From a virus, in the IMG/VR virus record IMGVR_UViG_3300042938_002732, positions 1 through 64,000 of that record: a DNA stretch of 64,000 nucleotides; one strand, written 5' to 3'. Below are positions 57,433-64,000 of this stretch, piece after piece (position 1 is the first letter of the stretch; each line of letters starts with the position of its first letter). The notes under the pieces were generated by a model. The model made no database searches, was not told the DNA's origin, and saw only the letters and a program-made list of their open reading frames with translations. The position numbers and the translations under genes are program-made.

Positions 57433-57674
57433 GCATCGAAAATATAAATAAAACTCTGGACGTTGCATTGAAATTAAGCGCCCCAATCGGCGTTGCGGTA
57501 ATGCTTTATCTCCAGACGCAATTTGTCACGCGCCCAGAGTTTCTAAAAGCTTATGAGCGAACCGACGTGCGCCTAACCAAAATCGAAGAACTGCTCATTC
57601 GCATGGAGCGACATGACAAGATTTTGGCCGACCATGAAGACAGGCTTAGAATTGTTGAAAGAACCATCAAATGA
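57429..57674 (+). CDS. small membrane/coiled-coil protein (holin-like)
   Basis: One hydrophobic helix plus coiled coil ending DHEDRLRIVE. Confidence 0.55.
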   Translation: MSIENINKTLDVALKLSAPIGVAVMLYLQTQFVTRPEFLKAYERTDVRLTKIEELLIRMERHDKILADHEDRLRIVERTIK

Positions 57675-58075
57675 CTTGGGATATACCGGCCACGATTAGC
57701 GCTGTAACGAATCTTGTAAACAAATTCGTCCCCGACCGGGACGCGCAGATTCAGTTGCAAGCCGAGCTTCATCGGCAGCTCATCCAAATCGAGAGTGACG
57801 GAGCAAAGGCTCAGGCGGCGATAAATCAGACGGAGGCGGCATCCAGCAACATCTTCGCTTCGTCCTGGCGTCCGGCGGTCGGCTGGGTGTGTGCGCTCGC
57901 GTTCGCCTGGCAATTTGTGGGCCAGCCGTTTTTCAGCTTTTTCTACACGCTCGCTACCAAGCAGCCCGCACCTGTGGTCGCGCTCGACTCCGAGGCTCTC
58001 AATACCGTTCTCTTTGGTCTCCTCGGGCTCGGCGGCTTCCGCACATGGGAAAAAATCAAGGGGGTCGCCAGATGA
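57671..58075 (+). CDS. holin (3-TM holin family)
   Basis: KFVPD, INQTEA, SSWRPAVGWVC, LLGLGGFRTWEKIKG. Confidence 0.85.
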   Translation: MTWDIPATISAVTNLVNKFVPDRDAQIQLQAELHRQLIQIESDGAKAQAAINQTEAASSNIFASSWRPAVGWVCALAFAWQFVGQPFFSFFYTLATKQPAPVVALDSEALNTVLFGLLGLGGFRTWEKIKGVAR

Positions 58076-58152
58076 GCGATGCCTCCAAAATCGCTCTCGC
58101 GCTCATTCTCCTGAGCTTTCTCTTCCTGAGCCTCGCCTTCCTCACACGATGA
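58072..58152 (+). CDS. 26-aa single-TM peptide in the lysis cassette
   Basis: MSDASKIALALILLSFLFLSLAFLTR; ATGA coupled to both holin and endolysin. Confidence 0.55.
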   Translation: MSDASKIALALILLSFLFLSLAFLTR

Positions 58153-58733
58153 CAACCGAGCAAATCCAAAAAATGCAGCGCATCATCGGCGTGAATCCCG
58201 ATGGGTTCTGGGGGCCAAAGTCGCAGGCCCGATGCCGCGAGCATCTCAAGAGCCTCATGCCGACCCCGAATCCCTGGCCTTTCTCAACGAGGGAGGGGCT
58301 GCGCGATTTCTACGGCGAGCCGGGGGATGAGGGCAACCTCGTCACCATCGAATTCCCCTACCCCATGTATTATGGCGGTCAGCGCGTGACAAAATCCCGC
58401 TGCCACAAAAAGGTCGCCGCCTCGCTCCTCCGCATCCTCACCGCCATAGGCCAGCGCGGCGCAGGCACACGCGAGATCATGGAGCCCGCCGAGGACTACG
58501 GCGGCATCTACAACTTTCGCAACAAACGCGGCGGCACGAGCCTCTCCGTCCACGCCTGGGGGGCCGCAATCGACCTCGATGCGGACGACAATTCCTTCCG
58601 CGATCCCTGGCCGCTTGTGGCCGATATGCCGCTGGCCGTCATGGAAGAATTCGCCAAAGAAGGATGGCAGTCGGCCGGGGCGTTCTGGGGGTTCGACGGG
58701 ATGCATAGCGAAGCAACGCGCCCAAGAGTGTAA
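58149..58733 (+). CDS. endolysin, M15-family peptidase with peptidoglycan-binding-like N-terminus
   Basis: QRIIGVNPDGFWGPKS; YNFR...SVHAWGAAID...DGMH Zn ligands. Confidence 0.85.
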   Translation: MTTEQIQKMQRIIGVNPDGFWGPKSQARCREHLKSLMPTPNPWPFSTREGLRDFYGEPGDEGNLVTIEFPYPMYYGGQRVTKSRCHKKVAASLLRILTAIGQRGAGTREIMEPAEDYGGIYNFRNKRGGTSLSVHAWGAAIDLDADDNSFRDPWPLVADMPLAVMEEFAKEGWQSAGAFWGFDGMHSEATRPRV

Positions 58734-59010
58734 AAAAAATGCTTGACACCCGCAGAAGCCGATAAAATCTACTTCTCCGGTCTTTCGTGTTTAATACCGA
58801 GATCTTTTTCAACAAGATTTCGCAGGTATCCAGCAAGGCTTCGGTTTTCAATTTTAGCCTGGGCTTTGGCTCGGGCTGCGAGGCTTTTAGATGCGCGAAA
58901 TCCAACAAACTTTATTTGCTTTTCCATAATGTAAGTTCCGTTTTTTCAAAAGGGGTTCAACATTTTTTGCGTTTGCAAAATGAGCACGCTTTGCTAACAA
59001 CAATGGCGAG

Positions 59011-59175
59011 ATGAAAAAAACGGGTGAAGTATTGGGCTTCCACTGCGAAGTGGAGCTTGCCGCTCTCATAGAGAGCCGGGCAAGGGACGAGGGGAAGACC
59101 GTCTCTGAATACATCCGAGAGGTTTTAATTCGCGGGCTGGAGGATGAGTCTCCAGCAGAGGGGCAACACTCTTAG
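59011..59175 (+). CDS. ribbon-helix-helix DNA-binding protein (not in the ORF track)
   Basis: MKKTGEVLGFHCEVELAALIESRARDEGKTVSEYIREVL. Confidence 0.7.
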   Translation: MKKTGEVLGFHCEVELAALIESRARDEGKTVSEYIREVLIRGLEDESPAEGQHS

Positions 59176-59206
59176 AGAATAATTCCATTTAGCCCCCCAG
59201 GCCCCC

Positions 59207-59413
59207 TCAGGCGCGCCGTTTCATTTCCTCCCGCACAATCGCGCGAATCTGATCCACGCCCAAAGCGGGCTCCCCGTCTGTCTGGGCGATCAGAATCTCA
59301 ATGAACTGGCTCACACTCAATCCCCGTTTCTCGGCAAGGCGCGCAGCCTTCTTCTTCAGCTCCAGATCAAGCCGGAGCGTGATCTTGGGGTCGTCAAGAT
59401 TTATTTTTCGCAT
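59207..59413 (-). CDS. ribbon-helix-helix repressor candidate
   Basis: ITLRLDLELKKKAARLAEKRGLSVSQFIE; divergent from the next genes. Confidence 0.75.
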   Translation of the reverse strand: MRKINLDDPKITLRLDLELKKKAARLAEKRGLSVSQFIEILIAQTDGEPALGVDQIRAIVREEMKRRA

Positions 59414-59507
59414 ACGTCTAATATACGGCAAAGAGTTTTTTTCGCAAATTTATCTTTGAGCGGAAAAGAAAGTCCGATAGAAAACATTCCGTCATCAAAA
59501 AGTATTC

Positions 59508-59759
59508 ATGACCTTAAAAAATATGAAATCAGGAGATCACCCCACCAAAAAAAGGCCACTCAAGATGGCAGTCCGCAAGCCTTCGGAACCCCGGCTGGCA
59601 ACCGCCAAGCGGGGCCGTGCAGTGCGGCGGGACAACCCGCAAACCCTCACCCTCCACCTCGCTCTCGAATTCAAGCGCCGGGCCTTCGATCTCGCCACGG
59701 CGCGCCGCTGCTCGATCAGCCGACTGGTCGAGGATTTGATCGCGGCCTGCAGGGAGTAG
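59508..59759 (+). CDS. ribbon-helix-helix protein, paralog 1
   Basis: LTLHLALEFKRRAFDLATARRCSISRLVEDLI. Confidence 0.7.
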   Translation: MTLKNMKSGDHPTKKRPLKMAVRKPSEPRLATAKRGRAVRRDNPQTLTLHLALEFKRRAFDLATARRCSISRLVEDLIAACRE

Positions 59760-59815
59760 TTTTTTTTTATAGTTGGGGAAAACCACGTCAAATAATCCGT
59801 CATCAAAAAGTATAC

Positions 59816-60103
59816 ATGGCCAATAAAAACATGAAATCAGGGGAACACCCCATAACGGTAAAAACGCTGGCTTGCATGCCATCGGTGCGGGCGGCACGAT
59901 CGCTCGCGTTTGCCAACTCCCCCAAGTCCGAAAGCAGTGTCGGCGCGTTCAAGCGGGGGCGCCCTCAGCGGCAGGACAACCCGCAAAAAACCACCCTCAA
60001 TATCGCACCGGCAATAAAGGCGAAGGCCTTCGACCTCGCGACAGCCCGCCGATGCTCAATCGGCCGCCTGGTCGAAGACTTGATCGCCGCCTGCAAGGAG
60101 TAA
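59816..60103 (+). CDS. ribbon-helix-helix protein, paralog 2
   Basis: TTLNIAPAIKAKAFDLATARRCSIGRLVEDLI; duplicated upstream region. Confidence 0.7.
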   Translation: MANKNMKSGEHPITVKTLACMPSVRAARSLAFANSPKSESSVGAFKRGRPQRQDNPQKTTLNIAPAIKAKAFDLATARRCSIGRLVEDLIAACKE

Positions 60104-60107
60104 GAAT

Positions 60108-60365
60108 ATGGCGAGCTATTCTGTCATTATGGCCGAGCGGCGCGGCGCAGTCGGTGTCGAGGACGCTGAGCGCATCGTGGGTGGGGCTCAGATGCTCTCC
60201 CTTGTGCGGCGAGCTGGATGGCTCACTCCGAAGGTGCAGGGCAACCGGCTCACCCTTTTCGACTACGACGAGTGCCTTGGGGCTTGGAAGCGCGTGTGTC
60301 TGGAGGGTGTGGAGGCGTTGCGAGCGGCGGCGACCGGAACCCCACTTCAATCTCCGAATCATTAG
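60108..60365 (+). CDS. probable excisionase-like protein
   Basis: 85 aa with winged-HTH-like pattern; convergent on and overlapping the integrase. Confidence 0.5.
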   Translation: MASYSVIMAERRGAVGVEDAERIVGGAQMLSLVRRAGWLTPKVQGNRLTLFDYDECLGAWKRVCLEGVEALRAAATGTPLQSPNH

Positions 60366-61413
60366 GAAGAAGATGAGCGTAATGTTTTTGAACCACTTTC
60401 ACATCGTCGCCCATCCACTCCGCGATCTTGAAGATCGAGCAGCCAGCGCTTGCGAGCAGGCTCGCAAAGGTGTGGCGCATGACGTGGGGCGTGACCCACG
60501 GGCATCCCTTCCCCTCCATGTATTGGGCGAAGGGTCGTTTGAAGTCGTATCTGTAGCGGCTGCGGCCCTTCTTGGTGTCGGGGGCGACGATGTAGGGCTC
60601 CTCCAGTTCGAATTCCTTCAAAAAAGCACGGAATGCCGCCGTGAGAGGGATCGTGCGCTCCTCGCTATCCTTGAAGGCGATTCCAGCGTGCTTGGTCAAG
60701 TGCAGCAGGCCCGCCTTCAGGTCGAACCACTCGGCCTTGGACTCAATAATTTCATTTTTCCTCAAACCAGCATGAAATCCACAAAGCAAAATATATTTAA
60801 GTTGTGCGTCCCTGCACTCAGCGATCAGGCGGTCGCGAAGCTCGGGGCGGCAGAATTTTTTTCTAACGCCCGTCTTCGGGGTCTTGATCTTCTGTTTGCT
60901 CCTGCGCGTCGTCAGCGGGATCACGGGGTTCGAGGCGCAGGAGCGTTTGATCTCGGTGCACCAGTTGAAAAAACTCTGAATGGTCATCAGGTTCCCGTAA
61001 GCCGTGCTCGGCTTGACGCTCTTGCAGCGCATGTCGTGGTAGGCTCGCATGTCCTCCGTCGTGACTTTGGAGGGCGGAATCCTTCCCGCCCATTTCGCCC
61101 ATTGGCGCAGCACGCAACGCTTCGCCTCCAGCGACGCCTCCGTCCAGTTGCCTGTGCGCACGCAGAACGCAGCGTAATCATCGACCGCGAACTCAAGGTG
61201 GGAGCCATCGCTCAAAACCTCCGCTCCGTTAAGCGCGGCGATCTTTTTAACGGCCTCGAAGGGGTCGTTAGTCTCCAGGGACACGAAATCCCTCTTGCCG
61301 TTGAGCTGGCGGGCATACCAGTAAAAGGCCCCGCGCTTGTAGAGACCCTTCACTTTGATCGTCGGTGCGGTGCTGGCCTGGGTTTGCGGCGGTTTTCGGG
61401 GCGGTGTTCTCAT
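60250..61413 (-). CDS. int: tyrosine recombinase / phage integrase
   Basis: HAGLRKNE, K, HVMRHTFAS, WMGD, HYAH catalytic motifs; adjacent att site. Confidence 0.93.
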   Translation of the reverse strand: MRTPPRKPPQTQASTAPTIKVKGLYKRGAFYWYARQLNGKRDFVSLETNDPFEAVKKIAALNGAEVLSDGSHLEFAVDDYAAFCVRTGNWTEASLEAKRCVLRQWAKWAGRIPPSKVTTEDMRAYHDMRCKSVKPSTAYGNLMTIQSFFNWCTEIKRSCASNPVIPLTTRRSKQKIKTPKTGVRKKFCRPELRDRLIAECRDAQLKYILLCGFHAGLRKNEIIESKAEWFDLKAGLLHLTKHAGIAFKDSEERTIPLTAAFRAFLKEFELEEPYIVAPDTKKGRSRYRYDFKRPFAQYMEGKGCPWVTPHVMRHTFASLLASAGCSIFKIAEWMGDDVKVVQKHYAHLLPNDSEIEVGFRSPPLATPPHPPDTRASKPQGTRRSRKG

Positions 61414-61415
61414 AA

Positions 61416-61629
61416 AAGTGTTACAATTTCACTGTCACACTTTGCTGTCACACTTTCAAGTTCCGTATGGGGACGTATGGGGCTATATGGGCTTGGGGAG
61501 TGGTGCGCGGTACAGGGTTCGAACCTGTGGCCCCTACCGTGTCAAGATGGGAAATCAGTAGGCAATGTAACACTTCCATGTAACACCGGCTTTTTCTTCG
61601 CCTCCGGCACTACCGCAAATGTAACACTT
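61416..61629. promoter_or_regulatory. attP region with six arm-type repeats TGT(A/C)ACAC(TT)
   Basis: Copies at 61416 (inverted), 61433, 61446, 61566, 61579 and 61620 flank the tRNA fragment. Confidence 0.7.
61501..61546 (-). other. att core: 3' half of tRNA-Val(GAC)
   Basis: Reverse complement CTTGACACGGTAGGGGCCACAGGTTCGAACCCTGTACCGCGCACCA gives anticodon loop, T arm, acceptor 3' strand and CCA; 5' half absent. Confidence 0.85.
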
Positions 61630-61646
61630 TTCGGGGGGGTGGCCTT

Positions 61647-62780
61647 ATGAGCGTGGATGACGAGTATCACGCTCACAAGCGACGGGAAGAGGCGCGCTAC
61701 GTTCTTGCTTTTGACGAGTTCGAGCAAAACCTCACTCCTGAGCAGCGCAGGATGCTGGGTTCGGCGGCGGTGCCGGATGTCGAGGATACGCGTTCACATG
61801 GGTCGAGGCGCGTGTCGCTGGGCGTGTTGACGGATGCGGCGGAGCGCGTGTCCGCCTCCTACACCCCTAATATGACGGAGGCGCTGGATGGGACATTTGA
61901 TAATCCTTCGCCTGAGTTGCTGGCGGAGATGCTGGGGGTTCCTCTGAATGTGGTGGCGGAGGCTGTGCTGGAGGATTTGAAGCCAACGCCAGAACTCTTG
62001 GCTGAGAAACTGGGGGTGTCCCTGGATGTGGCGCAGAGGATTTTCGATTGGCACAACGCGGCGGCGGCACGCAATGCAGAGAGAATCAAGATGCGGGCGA
62101 TCGTTCGTATCGCGGGGGTTTTCCTCGATTGCGCGAATTCCAAGCTATCTGCGGCGGGGCTCACCTTCGCTGGCGGCTTGGCTCTACAGTATGGGATCGG
62201 CTCGATCCAAGATTACGCAGCAAGCATCGATGTGTCTCGGGCGGCCATCTACAAGAATGTGAAGTTCTGGCAAAGCGAGTTGGATTTGCCTGAGCGTTTT
62301 GCTCCAGGGCTGCGACATCCGAATCTTTCGGATCAGCATTATCTCCTCGTCCAAAAACTGGCTTTCCCGAGCGAACAAAAGCTCGCCTCGGGGGTTCGCG
62401 GGATTCTGGCTTGGCACAGGCGGGCTTCGGCGCGGAAGGCTGAGAATATCAAGGTGCGTGCGATCGAGCGGATTGCAGGAGCGTTTCTCGATTGCGCAAA
62501 TTCGAAGCTCACGGCGGCGGGTCTGGCTTATGCGGCGGACCTCGCTCTCACGGCGGGGCTCGGAACCATGCAGGATTACGCTCTCAAGATCGCGGTGTCG
62601 CGGGCGGCGATATCCAAGAATGCAAAATTCTGGCAACGCGAATTGGACCTGCCTGCGGCGTCCAATATGCGGGCTGCCGAAAAATGTCGGGCCTATAGCG
62701 AGGCTCAGAAAGCCAAACACTGGCGCAACCAAAAATTCACCTTGAGCCACGAGGCACTTAAGCGCTTCGCCGGGGTGTAA
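61647..62780 (+). CDS. protein with an internally duplicated HTH-containing domain
   Basis: Two copies of RAI.RIAG.FLDCANSKL.AAGL...QDYA..I.VSRAAI.KN.KFWQ.ELDLP. Confidence 0.7.
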   Translation: MSVDDEYHAHKRREEARYVLAFDEFEQNLTPEQRRMLGSAAVPDVEDTRSHGSRRVSLGVLTDAAERVSASYTPNMTEALDGTFDNPSPELLAEMLGVPLNVVAEAVLEDLKPTPELLAEKLGVSLDVAQRIFDWHNAAAARNAERIKMRAIVRIAGVFLDCANSKLSAAGLTFAGGLALQYGIGSIQDYAASIDVSRAAIYKNVKFWQSELDLPERFAPGLRHPNLSDQHYLLVQKLAFPSEQKLASGVRGILAWHRRASARKAENIKVRAIERIAGAFLDCANSKLTAAGLAYAADLALTAGLGTMQDYALKIAVSRAAISKNAKFWQRELDLPAASNMRAAEKCRAYSEAQKAKHWRNQKFTLSHEALKRFAGV

Positions 62781-62798
62781 CACGCAGAAATAAAAAAC

Positions 62799-63485
62799 AT
62801 GGAAAACACAAAAGAAAAAGAAATCTGGGAGTTGATGCTCTCGGTATCGGTTGATGGCAAGGAACTGGAGGACGGGGCGAAGGCCCGGTGGACTCCGATG
62901 GGGCTTGATTTGCCCGAAACGACGACGCTGGAAAACATCAAGGAAATCCTCACGGCCTTCAAGGCTTGGGATACGGCTGGCGCTGTGGCGCTGGCGGATC
63001 TTTTCACTTTCGTCCGTGCGAATGGCTGGGAGCGCGAGGTGGAGGTGTTTCTGGCTCAGATGGAATTTGACCTCGCCTTGGTTAAGCGAGCTCGGGCGGT
63101 GAGCGATGTTCCTCGCGGGCTGCGGCATTCGAGGCTGACGGCGGAGCATTATTTTGTCGTCGCTGGGCTCGAGTATGATTGGCAGGCGCATTGGCTCCAT
63201 AAGGCGGTGAAGCACAAAATGACGGGGCTTGTCCTGAAGCGTTCGATCGAAGCCAAGAGGGTGTTGAGCAAGGAGCAGATTGAGATGATGAGCGGCCAGG
63301 GCAGCGGAATCCTGAACTACCACGGGGTGCTGAACCGCTGGGAGCGTTGGGAGAAGAAGGTCGGCGGCGAGGAGGGGATTCTCTCCTGGCCGACCGATAC
63401 GCTGGAGCGTTGGATCGAGGATGTGGCTCCGATCGCGAAGCTCCATGACAAGGCTGTGGCCAAGGTGAAGGAGGCATTGAAATGA
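62799..63485 (+). CDS. hypothetical protein
   Basis: 228-aa ORF with A-rich leader; coupled to the next gene. Confidence 0.7.
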   Translation: MENTKEKEIWELMLSVSVDGKELEDGAKARWTPMGLDLPETTTLENIKEILTAFKAWDTAGAVALADLFTFVRANGWEREVEVFLAQMEFDLALVKRARAVSDVPRGLRHSRLTAEHYFVVAGLEYDWQAHWLHKAVKHKMTGLVLKRSIEAKRVLSKEQIEMMSGQGSGILNYHGVLNRWERWEKKVGGEEGILSWPTDTLERWIEDVAPIAKLHDKAVAKVKEALK

Positions 63486-63967
63486 GTTACACACCTGAGA
63501 CGGATTCGATGGTTGAAGAAAGTTTTCATCGAATAAATTTCCCGACCAGTCCAGTTCCTGCCGAATTTGCTCGCCGCTTGGAGCGCGAGCGCGACGAGGC
63601 GAGAACCTTGGGCGCGGATTTGCAAGACGTGCTGTTGGAGGCGTTGGATTTTTCCTCAACAGGGCGCGAGGAGACAGCGGCGAAGGCTGCGGTGTTGACC
63701 GAGCGCGGGGCGCATGTGTCGGGCTTCGTATTGAGGCCCGACGATGGAATCTCGGATGTGGCGATCGTGTGCAACGGCTGCACGCGGCGGCTCTCGCCTG
63801 CGGAGATGCAGTGGCTCATGCACGAGTCGCACTCGCCGATCACGATGGATGTGGCTGGGCTTCTGGAAGAGAACCGGAAACTGGCTCGCAGACTGGATGA
63901 CATGACTTCGGTGAACATGCTGCAGCAGGCGGTGGTGCGCGAGCTGCGGGCAAAACTTAAAAAATAA
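63482..63967 (+). CDS. 'MSDTPETD' family protein, third copy
   Basis: MSYTPETD...VP.EFARRLERERDEAR. Confidence 0.7.
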   Translation: MSYTPETDSMVEESFHRINFPTSPVPAEFARRLERERDEARTLGADLQDVLLEALDFSSTGREETAAKAAVLTERGAHVSGFVLRPDDGISDVAIVCNGCTRRLSPAEMQWLMHESHSPITMDVAGLLEENRKLARRLDDMTSVNMLQQAVVRELRAKLKK

Positions 63968-64000
63968 GGAGGCTAAATCTGTGGTGGATGTGAGCGAAAT

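Noticed and set aside
58743-58768. Sigma70 promoter TTGACA...TAAAAT
   Set aside because: Spacer is only 14 bp, so it cannot be supported as canonical
61501-61575. Complete tRNA-Val gene
   Set aside because: The 5' half (acceptor 5' strand, D arm, anticodon 5' strand) is missing; treated as att core
59872-61650. 592-aa plus-strand ORF
   Set aside because: Antisense shadow of the integrase and overlaps better-supported genes; no recognisable motifs

Overview
The window is most of a temperate tailed-phage genome (Caudoviricetes with a tape measure and no recognisable sheath), almost entirely on the + strand and apparently in excised form, since a tRNA-derived att core is flanked by phage genes on both sides. 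It carries a lambda-like head module (gpW-like adaptor, portal, protease/scaffold, decoration protein, major capsid), SSB, neck and tail genes, a 1199-aa tape measure, two giant RCC1+Ig-repeat adhesins, fibres, holins, an M15 endolysin, four ribbon-helix-helix regulators, a tyrosine integrase with attP, and a tRNA-Met(CAT). No terminase is visible. A Verrucomicrobia/PVC-like host is inferred but not shown. Three things stand out. (1) About 16 kb of large, unrelated cargo ORFs are interleaved with the head genes and are divided into modules by more than 20 copies of a peptide motif (LSAKLRLRE[F/L]A, LSANLKPALRELA, N-terminal MxEF) that also occurs in the prohead protease/scaffold. The modules include GNAT, four HExxH metallopeptidase-like, kinase-like, GT28-like and glycine-zipper domains, making this a candidate capsid-targeted, protease-processed polyprotein effector system. 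(2) A GTTGAC box lies 15-18 nt upstream of 17 start codons. (3) Two tandem ~130-nt multibranched ncRNA candidates sit before ssb. All calls were made by eye; no database searches were run.
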